A stretch of DNA of 64,000 nucleotides from Candidatus Omnitrophota bacterium (GCA_028715785.1 JAQURC010000002.1:219393-283392); one strand, 5' to 3'. Shown: positions 51,533 to 61,826, counted from the first letter of the stretch. The notes: a model not told the origin generated them from the sequence alone. Numbers and translations are program-made.

Positions 51533-52250
51533 ACGGTTTACCAAATATTTAGTCAGTACCGTCGCGCTGGGTTTAAGCGCGGCCTTTGTAATCAAATTCG
51601 CCGGCCCCAATATCCTAAGACAGTATATCTCTTATGGCATAGGAAATTGTAAAAACATCCCGATACTCTGCATGCAGCCGCAAGATTATTCCTTTAAACC
51701 CGAAATCAATAAAGAATACCTGGACACATTAATTCCGCAGAATTTTCCAAAGATGTCAGTTTCTGTGCCTAAGGGTTTTACCCTGGTTCAGGAATTAATT
51801 AAGCGGGTATACTACAAAAAAAATCATTTTAATAACCATACCAATAATAGAGCGGTGATCTATCTTTTATTCCAGGAACCAGGGGCATTTATCAAACTTT
51901 ACCCGGAGGTGCGCAAACAGGGGATAAGGGATAACGCGGAATTCCTCCGCCGCCTTACGCATGCCAACCTTGACCAATTAAATAATCTCACCGACGCTTT
52001 CTTTGTGATCATGAAGAGCGTATTTACTCCCGATATCGGAAACCAAAGCACCGCCAAAATGATCAAATTCGAATTGGGCAACATCAGAGGGTTTATCAAT
52101 TATTCAATGGCAAAACCGGATAATTACTTCGATTGCGATGTCCTTGATGAAAAAGATAACTTTTTTAAAGTATATATAAAAGATGCCGGAGCACGCCTGG
52201 ACCTAAACAACGTATTTGCGATAATCTCAACGTTAAAGCCGATTAACTAA
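51522..52250 (+). CDS. Hypothetical protein with an N-terminal TM/signal segment
   Basis: ORF only. Overlaps the panB stop by 11 bp. No motif recognised. Confidence 0.35.
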   Translation: MAAKRFTKYLVSTVALGLSAAFVIKFAGPNILRQYISYGIGNCKNIPILCMQPQDYSFKPEINKEYLDTLIPQNFPKMSVSVPKGFTLVQELIKRVYYKKNHFNNHTNNRAVIYLLFQEPGAFIKLYPEVRKQGIRDNAEFLRRLTHANLDQLNNLTDAFFVIMKSVFTPDIGNQSTAKMIKFELGNIRGFINYSMAKPDNYFDCDVLDEKDNFFKVYIKDAGARLDLNNVFAIISTLKPIN

Positions 52251-52283
52251 TTATAAAAATTAAAATAAATAAGGTAATCAAGC

Positions 52284-54869
52284 ATGGATATTTTCAAAAC
52301 AAAAAATAAAGTAATAATCAATACAGGCCCAAAAACCCAAGCATTGGATTTCGACTATCTGGGATGCCCTAAAGAGGTCCTTTTTGATAAATTAGAAACT
52401 TCGCAAAAAGGGATTACGGAACAGGAGGCCAAAAAACGGCTCTTAGAGTACGGGCTTAACGAACCGGCCAAGAAAAAGAAACGCAACATACTCAAAGAGA
52501 TCTTTTCCAAGTTCCTCAACCCTCTGGTTATCGTCCTATTGGTCATCGGCTCTTTTTCATTGTTTTTCGGGGAAAAAATCAGCGCCCTGATCGTTTTCCT
52601 TATGGCGGTGATGAGTGTGATGCTTGCCTTTGTGCAGGAGCACCGCGCAAGTCGCGCCGCCGAGAAGCTCAGCGAAATGGTGCGCACTACCGCCACAGTG
52701 CTGCGTAACGGCAAATCTAAAGAGATAAGCATCAGGGAAATTGTCCCCGGGGATATAGTCGACCTCTTCGCCGGGGATATGATCCCCGCTGACCTAAGGA
52801 TCATATCCTGCAAGGATCTGTTCATTAATCAGGCTTCTTTGACCGGCGAGTCTTTTCCCATCGAAAAAATATGCCTGCCCATTACGCCAAAAAATAATTC
52901 TATATCCGAATTGGCCAATATCGCTTTCATGGGCTCAAGCGTGGTTAGCGGGACCGCCCTGGGGATAGTCATCAAAACCGGTATCGCTACCCAATTCGGA
53001 GAACTTTCCCGAAAACTGGCGACCATGCGCATCGAAACCAGTTTCGATAAAGGCATAAATAAATTTACCATGCTCATGGTCAAAACGATGGTTTGCATGG
53101 TTATGTTTATTTTCGCCATCATTGCCTTTAGGCACGGAAATTTAATCCAAGCCCTGCTTTTTTCATTGGGCGTGGCAGTCGGGCTTGCCCCGGAGATGCT
53201 GCCGATGATCGTAACCTTGAATCTTTCTAAAGGCGCCATCGCCATGTCCAAAAAAGATGTGATCGTCAAGCGCCTGAATTCCATCCAGAATTTCGGGGCT
53301 ATGGATGTCTTATGCACCGATAAGACCGGCACCCTGACCATGGATAAGATCATCCTGGAAAAACATTGCGATGTGGTAAGAAAAGAAGACGCCGATACCT
53401 TGCGTTACGCTTATATCAATAGCTTTTATCAGACCGGCCTGAAAAACCTCTTGGACCGGGCAATCCTTAAGCATGAGAAATTGCTGGTCCAGGAATATAT
53501 AAAAATAGACGAGATACCTTTTGATTTCTCCAGGAAGATCATGTCGGTTGTGGTGGCAGCAGAAGATAAGCACAAGATCATTTCCAAAGGCGCTCCGGAA
53601 GAGATCTTCAAAAGATGCCTGCAATATGAGCTGGACGGAGAAATTTTTGACATCGACCCGCTGATTATCTCGGATCTAAAGGAAGAATTCGATTCTTTAA
53701 GCGCCGACGGTTTCAGGGTTTTAGCCATTGCCTATAAAAATTTCGAAAATAAAAAAGAGGCCTATTCAAAAGACGACGAAAGAGAGTTAATCCTCAAAGG
53801 ATATATCGCTTTTCTTGACCCTCCCAAACCCAGCGCAAAAAGGGCGATCCAAGCGCTTAAAAAGTTGGGGATAGATTTTAAGGTTTTAACCGGAGACAAC
53901 GAACTGGTCACCAAAAAAATATGCAGCGAGGTCGGCCTGGACGTAAAGGGGCTGGTAACCGGTGACAGGGTAGAAAAATCAAATGACCTCCAATTACGGG
54001 AACTGGTAAAAACAACCAATATCTTTGCCCGCCTGTCGCCGATGCAAAAAGAAAGAGTGATCGGAGCCCTGCATGCCAATGGGCATATCGTAGGGTATCT
54101 GGGCGACGGCATAAACGACGCTCCGGCTTTAAAAACTTCGGATGTCGGAATTTCGGTGAATAACGCCGTAGATATCGCCAAAGAATCGGCGGATATCATC
54201 CTGCTTAAAAAGAACCTGATGGTCTTAGAGGACGGGGTGATCGAAGGCAGGAAAACATTCGGAAATATCGTTAAATACATCAAGATGGGCTCAAGCTCCA
54301 ATTTCGGCAATATGTTCAGCATGACCGGAGGCAGCCTGTTTTTACCTTTCCTGCCGATGCTGCCTATCCAGATACTCCTGAATAATTTCCTTTACGATGT
54401 ATCGCAGATAGCCATACCTACGGACAATGTGGACAAAGAATACGTTACCAAGCCCCGGCCCTGGAACATCAAGTATATCCGGAATTTTATGGTGATTATC
54501 GGGCCGATCAGCTCAATATACGATTTTCTTACTTACGGGGTGATGCTATTTATTTTCCATGCCCAAGCCCAGCTTTTTCATACCGGATGGTTCATCGAAT
54601 CATTATGCACCCAGACTCTGGTCATCCATATAATCCGGACGGGAAAAATACCTTTTATCGAAAGCCGGCCAAGCAGGTTCTTAATGTTCATGTCGGTTGT
54701 CATTGTTTCCATAGGCATCGCCATACCGTTTACTCCGCTGGCTAAGCCTTTTGGATTTGTCAAACCGCCTCCGATGTATTTTGCGGCTTTATTCATTATG
54801 GTAGTTACGTATTTATTTTTTGTGCAGGCAGTCAAGAAATGGTTTATCCGGAAGTACGGTTATGAATAA
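52284..54869 (+). CDS. mgtA: Mg2+-importing P-type ATPase
   Basis: P-type motifs CTDKTGTLT, TGDN, GDGINDAPAL. Ten TM helices. MgtA-like N- and C-termini. Confidence 0.9.
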   Translation: MDIFKTKNKVIINTGPKTQALDFDYLGCPKEVLFDKLETSQKGITEQEAKKRLLEYGLNEPAKKKKRNILKEIFSKFLNPLVIVLLVIGSFSLFFGEKISALIVFLMAVMSVMLAFVQEHRASRAAEKLSEMVRTTATVLRNGKSKEISIREIVPGDIVDLFAGDMIPADLRIISCKDLFINQASLTGESFPIEKICLPITPKNNSISELANIAFMGSSVVSGTALGIVIKTGIATQFGELSRKLATMRIETSFDKGINKFTMLMVKTMVCMVMFIFAIIAFRHGNLIQALLFSLGVAVGLAPEMLPMIVTLNLSKGAIAMSKKDVIVKRLNSIQNFGAMDVLCTDKTGTLTMDKIILEKHCDVVRKEDADTLRYAYINSFYQTGLKNLLDRAILKHEKLLVQEYIKIDEIPFDFSRKIMSVVVAAEDKHKIISKGAPEEIFKRCLQYELDGEIFDIDPLIISDLKEEFDSLSADGFRVLAIAYKNFENKKEAYSKDDERELILKGYIAFLDPPKPSAKRAIQALKKLGIDFKVLTGDNELVTKKICSEVGLDVKGLVTGDRVEKSNDLQLRELVKTTNIFARLSPMQKERVIGALHANGHIVGYLGDGINDAPALKTSDVGISVNNAVDIAKESADIILLKKNLMVLEDGVIEGRKTFGNIVKYIKMGSSSNFGNMFSMTGGSLFLPFLPMLPIQILLNNFLYDVSQIAIPTDNVDKEYVTKPRPWNIKYIRNFMVIIGPISSIYDFLTYGVMLFIFHAQAQLFHTGWFIESLCTQTLVIHIIRTGKIPFIESRPSRFLMFMSVVIVSIGIAIPFTPLAKPFGFVKPPPMYFAALFIMVVTYLFFVQAVKKWFIRKYGYE

Positions 54870-54924
54870 GAGCGAGCAAACTCTACTTGACTTTTGACTT
54901 AAATTAAGCTAAAAATAAAAGACT

Positions 54925-56229
54925 ATGGCGGAAAACTTGATGGATAAAGTTACTTCCCTTTGCAAGCGCAGGGGGTTTATTTTCCAGGGAAGCGAAATTT
55001 ACGGCGGCCTGGCCAACACCTGGGATTACGGCCCGTACGGGGTGGAATTAAAAAACAACCTTAAACGCGCCTGGTGGAAGGCTTGCGTCTATGAGAGAAA
55101 CGATATCTTAGGCATGGATGCCTCTATCCTTATGCATCCTAAGGTCTGGGAGGCCAGCGGCCATGTTGAAAATTTCTTTGATTTAAAAAGCGACTGCAAG
55201 GTATGTAAAAAACGTTTTAAGACCGCCGACTTAAAAGATAACTCTGTTTGTCCCGAATGTTCCGGCCAGCTTACCGAATCCCGGCCGTTTAATTTAATGT
55301 TTAAGACCCACCAGGGCCCGGTAGAAGATGCTTCTAACTTAATCCACCTGCGGCCGGAAACCGCCCAGGGTATGTTTGTAAATTTCCTGAATATCCTGGA
55401 TTCAAAACACCCGAAACTTCCTTTTGGCTTAGCGCAGATCGGCAAGGCATTCCGCAATGAAATCACTCCGGGAAATTTTACCTTCCGCACACGGGAATTC
55501 GAACAAATGGAAATCGAATATTTCTGCAGTCCGCTTGATGCGGATAAAACGTATGAATCGTGGATTGAAGAAAGGTTCAATTGGTACTTAAGCCTCGGGA
55601 TAAAAAAAGAAAACCTGCGCAAACGCCGGCATGCCAAAGATGAACTGGCCCATTATGCCAAAGCCTGCACCGACATAGAATATAATTTTCCGTTCGGCTG
55701 GAGCGAACTGGAGGGGATCGCCAACCGCACGGATTTTGACCTAAAACAGCATTCTAAATTCAGCGGCAAGGAACTGCAGTATTTTGATGATCAAAAAAAG
55801 GAAAGATTCTATCCTTATATTATTGAGCCTTCCGGAGGAGTCGATAGGAGTGTTTTGGCAATATTAGTCGATGCCTATCATGAAGAAAAAGTCAAGGAGG
55901 ATACCCGCGTAGTCCTGAAATTAAGTAAAGACTTGTCTCCGGCAAAAGTCGCGGTGCTGCCGCTTCTAAGAAATAGGCCGGAAATTGTGGAGTTGGCAAA
56001 AAATATAGCCGGCGATTTAAAAAAATCTTTAATCGCGGTTTACGATGATACCGGGGCAATCGGCAAGCTCTACCGCCGGCAGGATGAAGTGGGAACGCTA
56101 TTTTGCGTAACCGTAGATGTTCAAAGCTTGGAAGACAAACAGGTAACCGTGCGCGACCGCGATACGATGCAGCAGGTAAGAATTTCAATGGATAAATTAA
56201 AAGAATATTTGATCAATCAACTCAGTTAA
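54925..56229 (+). CDS. glyQS: Glycyl-tRNA synthetase (alpha2 dimeric type)
   Basis: 434 aa with class II motifs (FRNEITPGNFTFRTREF, GGVDRS..) and an anticodon-binding domain. Confidence 0.9.
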   Translation: MAENLMDKVTSLCKRRGFIFQGSEIYGGLANTWDYGPYGVELKNNLKRAWWKACVYERNDILGMDASILMHPKVWEASGHVENFFDLKSDCKVCKKRFKTADLKDNSVCPECSGQLTESRPFNLMFKTHQGPVEDASNLIHLRPETAQGMFVNFLNILDSKHPKLPFGLAQIGKAFRNEITPGNFTFRTREFEQMEIEYFCSPLDADKTYESWIEERFNWYLSLGIKKENLRKRRHAKDELAHYAKACTDIEYNFPFGWSELEGIANRTDFDLKQHSKFSGKELQYFDDQKKERFYPYIIEPSGGVDRSVLAILVDAYHEEKVKEDTRVVLKLSKDLSPAKVAVLPLLRNRPEIVELAKNIAGDLKKSLIAVYDDTGAIGKLYRRQDEVGTLFCVTVDVQSLEDKQVTVRDRDTMQQVRISMDKLKEYLINQLS

Positions 56230-56242
56230 GTTATTAACAATA

Positions 56243-56268
56243 GTAGGGCGGGTTTAAACCCGCCCTAC
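56243..56268. terminator. 26-bp perfect palindrome GTAGGGCGGGTTTAAACCCGCCCTAC (terminator-like hairpin without a U-tract)
   Basis: Directly downstream of the glyQS stop. Shares the GTAG-N6-GTTTAAAC-N6-CTAC format with 59069-59094. Confidence 0.5.
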
Positions 56269-56296
56269 CGTAAAGAAAGGAAGGGTTTAAAAAGTA

Positions 56297-59029
56297 ATGG
56301 CAAAGAAATATGTTTACTCCTTCGGGGGCGGTAAAGCAGACGGCAATGAAAGCATGAAGAACCTCCTGGGCGGCAAAGGCGCCAACCTTGCGGAGATGGC
56401 CGGGAACAAAGATCTGTTGCTGCCGGTGCCTCCGGGTTTTACCTGCACCACCGAAGTCTGCACATATTATTATCAGAATAAAAAGAAATACCCCAAAGAA
56501 TTAAAAGCTCAAGTAGCAGCCGCCCTGGAAAAAGTGGAGAAATTAATGGCTAGGAAATTCGGCGACGCCAATAATCCGCTTTTATTCTCAGTGCGCTCCG
56601 GTGCAAGAAAATCCATGCCCGGAATGATGGAGACGGTTTTAAATGTCGGCTTGACTGAAAAAACTATCCCCGGCCTGGTTAAACAGAGCGGCGGAAACAG
56701 CCGTTTTGTTTATGATGCTTACCGCCGGCTGATTATGATGTACTCTGATGTGGTTATGGAGAAGGCCGCCGGAATCGAACCAAAGGCAGAAGAGGGCATC
56801 CGCAAACAGCTGGAAGGTATTATGGCCCAGCTTAAAAAATCCAAAAACTACGCCAGCGATACCGATTTAAATGTCGATGACCTTAAAAAACTCTGCGGCC
56901 AATTTAAAATTAAAATCAAAGAGGTCTTGGGTAAAGAATTCCCCGATGAACCGATGGAGCAATTATGGGGCGGCATTGGCGCGGTATTTTCTTCCTGGAA
57001 CGGAAAACGCGCGATCAGCTACCGCCGCATCGAAAATATCCCGGATGAATGGGGCACGGCGGTAAACGTGCAAACCATGGTCTTCGGGAATATGGGCAAT
57101 GATTCGGCAACCGGCGTTGCCTTTACGCGTAACCCGGGAAACGGAGAGAATAATTTTTACGGAGAATACCTGATTAACGCCCAGGGGGAAGACGTGGTTG
57201 CCGGTATCCGCACTCCCGCTCCGATCAACGAATATTCAACTTCAAGCCACAATAAAGACCTGCTCACCCTGGAAAAAGCAATGCCCAAAATTTACAAAGA
57301 ACTGCACTCCATCCAGGACCGGCTGGAAAAACATTACCATGATATGCAGGATATCGAGTTTACCATTGAAAAAGGCAGGCTCTTTATGCTGCAGTGCCGC
57401 ATAGGCAAACGCAACGGCCCGGCAGCCGTGCGCATGGCGGTGGATATGGTCAAAGAAAAAATGATTAAAAAAGAACAGGCGGTAATGCGCGTAACGCCGG
57501 CGCAGCTTGATGAATTATTGCATCCGATTATCGATCCTAAAACGGAATTAACCGTCAAGCCTTTTGCTAAAGGACTGCCGGCAGGACCGGGCGGAGCAAG
57601 CGGGCAAATTGTTTTCTCATCCCATGAAGCCGTAGAATGGGCAAAAACAGGCAAAAAAGTAATTCTTGTCCGCGAGGAAACCAACCCGGAAGACGTGGAG
57701 GGTATGCGTGTCGCCCAGGCGATCCTTACTGCCCGCGGCGGCATGACCAGCCACGCGGCATTAGTCGCCCGCGGCTGGGGTAAATGCTGTATCGTCGGCT
57801 GCAGCACTATGCATGTCGATATTGGAAACAAATCCCTGCATGTTGACGGCAAAACGCTCAAAGAGGGGGACTGGATCACCTTAAACGGGACCAAAGGCAA
57901 TGTCTACGAAGGCAAACTCCCGATGATGGATGCCACCGAAGAAAATATGATCCTTTCGGAATTTTTGAAAATTTGCGATGGGATACGCAAGCTGGGTATC
58001 CGCACTAATGCCGATACCCCGGAAGACGCCCAAAAGGCGCTGCAATTCGGAGCAGAGGGTATCGGGCTTTTCCGCACGGAGCATATGTTTTACGGAAAAG
58101 GCTCTGACCAGCCGTTATTCTTATTGCGGAAAATGATCATCTCTAAAACCGTCGAAGAGAGGCAAAAAGCATTGGACGAGCTGTTCCCTTTTGTAAAGAA
58201 AGATATCAAAGGGACGATCGCAGCGATGGACGGATACCCTGTAGTCATCCGCCTGCTTGACCCGCCGCTGCATGAATTCGTGCCGCGCGAACAGGCAAAG
58301 CTTGAACAGCTTGCAAACGATTTAAAAATCGATATGCAGGAATTAGCTAAAAGGGCCGAAGGGCTGCATGAATCCAACCCGATGATGGGCCACCGCGGCG
58401 TGCGTTTAGGAGTTACCTATCCTGAAATCAGCACAATGCAGATCCGCGCGATTTTAGAAGCAGCCGCGGAATTAGTTAAAGAAGGCAAGGACCCTTATCC
58501 GGAAATCATGATCCCGGTTGTCTGCGATGTAAAAGAACTAGAGGATCAGTTTGCGATTGCCGAAAAAATTTATCAAGAAGTGCTGGCAAAATACGGACTG
58601 AAGAAATTAAAATTCCTCCTGGGGACCATGATTGAAATTCCCCGCGCGGCATTTGTCGCCGATAAACTGGCAACGGTGGCCGAATTCTTCTCTTTCGGGA
58701 CCAATGATATGACTCAGATGGGTTTTGGTTTTTCAAGGGACGATATCGGAGGATTTCTGCCGGAATACATCAAAAAAGAGATCCTGCCCGAAGACCCATT
58801 CCAAAGCATCGATCAAGAGGGTATCGGCGAATTGATTAAACTGGGCATCAAACGCGGGCGCTCAACCAATAAAAAGCTGGAAGTTGGGATCTGCGGAGAG
58901 CACGGGGGCGAGCCTAAATCCGTGGAGTTCTGCCATAATATAGGTATGGATTATGTCAGCTGTTCGCCCTTTAGGGTCCCGATCGCGAAATTAGCAGCAG
59001 CGCAAGCTGTATTGAAGAATAAAAAATAA
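56297..59029 (+). CDS. ppdK: Pyruvate, phosphate dikinase
   Basis: 910 aa with an ATP-grasp N-terminus, phospho-His domain (GGMTSHAALVARGWG) and a PEP-utilising TIM barrel. Confidence 0.95.
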   Translation: MAKKYVYSFGGGKADGNESMKNLLGGKGANLAEMAGNKDLLLPVPPGFTCTTEVCTYYYQNKKKYPKELKAQVAAALEKVEKLMARKFGDANNPLLFSVRSGARKSMPGMMETVLNVGLTEKTIPGLVKQSGGNSRFVYDAYRRLIMMYSDVVMEKAAGIEPKAEEGIRKQLEGIMAQLKKSKNYASDTDLNVDDLKKLCGQFKIKIKEVLGKEFPDEPMEQLWGGIGAVFSSWNGKRAISYRRIENIPDEWGTAVNVQTMVFGNMGNDSATGVAFTRNPGNGENNFYGEYLINAQGEDVVAGIRTPAPINEYSTSSHNKDLLTLEKAMPKIYKELHSIQDRLEKHYHDMQDIEFTIEKGRLFMLQCRIGKRNGPAAVRMAVDMVKEKMIKKEQAVMRVTPAQLDELLHPIIDPKTELTVKPFAKGLPAGPGGASGQIVFSSHEAVEWAKTGKKVILVREETNPEDVEGMRVAQAILTARGGMTSHAALVARGWGKCCIVGCSTMHVDIGNKSLHVDGKTLKEGDWITLNGTKGNVYEGKLPMMDATEENMILSEFLKICDGIRKLGIRTNADTPEDAQKALQFGAEGIGLFRTEHMFYGKGSDQPLFLLRKMIISKTVEERQKALDELFPFVKKDIKGTIAAMDGYPVVIRLLDPPLHEFVPREQAKLEQLANDLKIDMQELAKRAEGLHESNPMMGHRGVRLGVTYPEISTMQIRAILEAAAELVKEGKDPYPEIMIPVVCDVKELEDQFAIAEKIYQEVLAKYGLKKLKFLLGTMIEIPRAAFVADKLATVAEFFSFGTNDMTQMGFGFSRDDIGGFLPEYIKKEILPEDPFQSIDQEGIGELIKLGIKRGRSTNKKLEVGICGEHGGEPKSVEFCHNIGMDYVSCSPFRVPIAKLAAAQAVLKNKK

Positions 59030-59042
59030 AGAAAGAAATAAA

Positions 59043-59121
59043 GGGACAGTTTCTATTTTTTGTACTTTGTAGCTGACGTTTAAACGTCAGCTACCCTGTG
59101 GATAAAAATAGAAACGGTCCC
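59043..59121. repeat. Nested palindromic element: 18-bp inverted arms GGGACAGTTTCTATTTTT / AAAAATAGAAACGGTCCC enclosing a 26-bp perfect palindrome GTAGCTGACGTTTAAACGTCAGCTAC
   Basis: Outer arms match the 36143-36210 palindrome arms at 17/20 positions. The inner palindrome (59069-59094) matches the format of 56243-56268. Lies between the ppdK stop and the sigma-factor start. Confidence 0.65.
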
Positions 59122-59132
59122 AAATCAAACCG

Positions 59133-59948
59133 ATGGAAGCGCTAAAAACATATCTTAAAGAAGTCCGGCAGATACCTCTTTTAACCGCCAAACAGGAAAT
59201 CGAGTTAAACAAGAAGATCCGTAAGGGGGATGAAATGGCGCGCAAAGAAATGATCCGCGCCAATCTGCGTTTAGTGATTAATATCGCCAAAAGATACATG
59301 CGCCTGGGGATCCCTTTTCTTGATCTGATCGAAGAAGGAAACCTGGGGTTAATGAAGGCGGTTGAGAGGTTCGATCACCGCAAGGGTTTCCGTTTCTCAA
59401 CTTACGCCGCCTGGTGGATTAAACAGGGGATTACCCGCTCGATCAGCGAGCAGGGGAAGATGATCCGCGTTCCGGTGTATATGAATGACCTGATCACCAA
59501 GTGGAAAAAGAATAAAGAGCGCTTAAGCCAAAAATTAAAACGCATCCCTTCAAACGAAGAGATCGCCAAAAAGTTAAAACTCTCCCCCGAAAAAATGGAA
59601 CAAATTAATTTCTGGATGTCCAGCACCACTTCATCCCTGGAAGCGCCGATCGGAGAGGACGATGAAAATCAGGTATCGGATTTAGTAGAGGATAAAAATG
59701 CCGTGCCGCCGGACGCCGGCATCCAGCGCCTGCTTAACCGGGAAAGGCTGGATAACCTTTTAGAAATTATGTCAGAACGGGAAAAGGGGATTTTAAACCT
59801 GCGTTTTGGCCTGGCTAATGATAAACCCCAGACTTTGGCTGAAGTGGCCAAAAAACTGGGTGTTTCGCGCGAGAGGATCCGCCAGATCGAAGAGACAGCT
59901 TTAAGGAAATTAAGGAAATTCGTCGCCAGCCAGGAAAAGGAGCTTTAG
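59133..59948 (+). CDS. Sigma-70 family RNA polymerase sigma factor (regions 1.2-4, RpoD/RpoS-like short form)
   Basis: Region 2 DLIEEGNLGLMKAVERFD..GFRFSTYAAWWIKQ, plus region 3 and region 4 HTH (LAEVAKKLGVSRERIRQIE). Confidence 0.85.
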   Translation: MEALKTYLKEVRQIPLLTAKQEIELNKKIRKGDEMARKEMIRANLRLVINIAKRYMRLGIPFLDLIEEGNLGLMKAVERFDHRKGFRFSTYAAWWIKQGITRSISEQGKMIRVPVYMNDLITKWKKNKERLSQKLKRIPSNEEIAKKLKLSPEKMEQINFWMSSTTSSLEAPIGEDDENQVSDLVEDKNAVPPDAGIQRLLNRERLDNLLEIMSEREKGILNLRFGLANDKPQTLAEVAKKLGVSRERIRQIEETALRKLRKFVASQEKEL

Positions 59949-60479
59949 ATGAATAATTCCCTATTGGAAAAATCCATAAGGAACATTCCCGATTTCCCTA
60001 AACCGGGGATCCTTTTCCGCGATGTCACTACTTTAATCCAGAACAAAACAGCTTTTAAAAAAGCCGTTGATTTATTGGCCAAAAGGTACAAAGCAAAGGG
60101 GTTTGATAAAGTAGTCGGGGTGGAGGCACGGGGATTTATTTTTGGGGCCGCAGTCGCCTATAAAATCGGCGCCGGGTTTGTGCCGGTGCGCAAAAAAGGG
60201 AAGCTCCCCTTTAAAACAATCTCTGCGACTTACCAGTTGGAATACGGCACGGATACTTTGGAAATCCACCAAGACGCAATTTCTCCCGGTGAAAAAGTTT
60301 TAATTATCGATGACCTTTTGGCTACCGGCGGAACGGTTAAAGCGGTAACTGAACTGGTCGGCCAGCTGGGAGGAAAAATCTCAGGCATCGGCTTTGTCAT
60401 CGAGCTGGTGGATTTAAAAGGAAAAGATAAGCTAAAAGATTACCCTGTGTTTTCGTTAATTAAGTTTGAAGGGGAATAA
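59949..60479 (+). CDS. apt: Adenine phosphoribosyltransferase
   Basis: PRPP-binding motif VLIIDDLLATGGT. About 176 aa. Confidence 0.9.
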   Translation: MNNSLLEKSIRNIPDFPKPGILFRDVTTLIQNKTAFKKAVDLLAKRYKAKGFDKVVGVEARGFIFGAAVAYKIGAGFVPVRKKGKLPFKTISATYQLEYGTDTLEIHQDAISPGEKVLIIDDLLATGGTVKAVTELVGQLGGKISGIGFVIELVDLKGKDKLKDYPVFSLIKFEGE

Positions 60480-60491
60480 GGATTACACCCT

Positions 60492-60565
60492 GCCCCTGTA
60501 GCTCATAAGGATAGAGCAGCAGTTTCCTAAACTGCGTGCGGCAGGTTCGATTCCTGCCAGGGGCA
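60492..60565 (+). tRNA. tRNA-Arg (anticodon CCT)
   Basis: Acceptor GCCCCTG/CAGGGGC, D-arm GCTC-ATAAGGAT-AGAGC, anticodon stem GCAGT/ACTGC with loop TTCCTAA, T-arm GCAGG-TTCGATT-CCTGC, discriminator A, no encoded CCA. Confidence 0.85.
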
Positions 60566-60576
60566 TTTAAATTATT

Positions 60577-61221
60577 ATGTATAACTTACACGCGCACACA
60601 TTTTTAAGTGACGGCGACCTGCTCCCTTCAGAAGTAGCGGTGCGCTATCAGGATAAAGGCTATAAGGTAATCGCCATCACCGACCATGCCGACTACAGCA
60701 ACATCAAACAAACCGCAAAAGCAATCGTGGAATTCTGTAAACGCTGGCCTAAAGATTCCGGAATCAAAGTTTTGCCGGGAATCGAATTAACGCACCTGCC
60801 CCCGGAACAGTTTAAGCCGCTGGCATCCTTAGCCAGAAAAGAGGGGATTAAAATCATTATTGCCCACGGGGAAACCCCGGTTGAGCCGGTTACAAAAAAT
60901 ACCAACCACCTGGCCCTCCTGGCGGATATCGATATCCTGGCGCATCCCGGATTAATTACTGACCAGGATACCAGGCTTGCCAAAGAGCGCGGAATATTCT
61001 TAGAAATTACCAGCCGCCGCGGCCACAAAGAAACAAACACCCATGTGATAAATCAGGCCAGGAAATTCGGGGCAAAATTAATTTTAAATAATGACAGCCA
61101 CGCTCCGGAAGACATCATTACCCCGGAGCAATTAATCAAGGCTGGCTTGGATTCCGGATTAACCCCGGTTGAGATTGATGCAATCTATCAAAACGTAAAA
61201 GAATTTTTAACCAGGAGGTAA
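60577..61221 (+). CDS. PHP-domain metal-dependent phosphoesterase
   Basis: MYNLHAHTFLSDG, ITDHAD, AHG, HAPE histidine and aspartate ligands of the PHP fold. Confidence 0.7.
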   Translation: MYNLHAHTFLSDGDLLPSEVAVRYQDKGYKVIAITDHADYSNIKQTAKAIVEFCKRWPKDSGIKVLPGIELTHLPPEQFKPLASLARKEGIKIIIAHGETPVEPVTKNTNHLALLADIDILAHPGLITDQDTRLAKERGIFLEITSRRGHKETNTHVINQARKFGAKLILNNDSHAPEDIITPEQLIKAGLDSGLTPVEIDAIYQNVKEFLTRR

Positions 61222-61222
61222 G

Positions 61223-61687
61223 ATGAAACTTGCAAAACTGTTCTCCTTTATTTCCCTGGGCTGCCTGACGGCTATTGCCTTCTTAGGCTGCTCGACTCTT
61301 TCCGATAATCCAAAATCCATAAACCCAGGATTACTTGAACCTCAAGCAACTCTAAAATTCAGCGATGTGCCGGTGCCTGTAGGCTTAAAATCCCTGCCCC
61401 AGGAATCATATTCTTTTGAAAGTTCGGGGGTGCGCGTGGGGGTTTTAAAATACCAGGGCAAAGCCAATGCCGACCAGGTAATTAATTTTTACAAGGAACA
61501 GATGGCGATGTACAACTGGAACCTGGTAAACATCGTCGAGTATGGGCAGAGGCTGATCAACTTCGAACGTGAAAATGAAACCTGCATCATTACCCTGGAA
61601 CCAAAGGGGAACAACATAACCTTAACTATTTCTCTGGGCCCAAAATCACAAAATCTGGTTAAAAGATCCAAACCGCCGGTAAAATAG
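61223..61687 (+). CDS. Hypothetical lipoprotein
   Basis: Signal peptide with lipobox (AFLGCS). No motif recognised. Confidence 0.4.
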   Translation: MKLAKLFSFISLGCLTAIAFLGCSTLSDNPKSINPGLLEPQATLKFSDVPVPVGLKSLPQESYSFESSGVRVGVLKYQGKANADQVINFYKEQMAMYNWNLVNIVEYGQRLINFERENETCIITLEPKGNNITLTISLGPKSQNLVKRSKPPVK

Positions 61688-61826
61688 AGGGAAATTTAAA
61701 AAAACTCTTGACAAATAAAGAGTTATGTGCAAAAATTATTCAAATGAAATTATCCTAGGTAATATTATTATTAGCCTAGTTAACCATATATCCATAAACA
61801 GTTAACAAAAAAGGAGGAGTAAAAAA

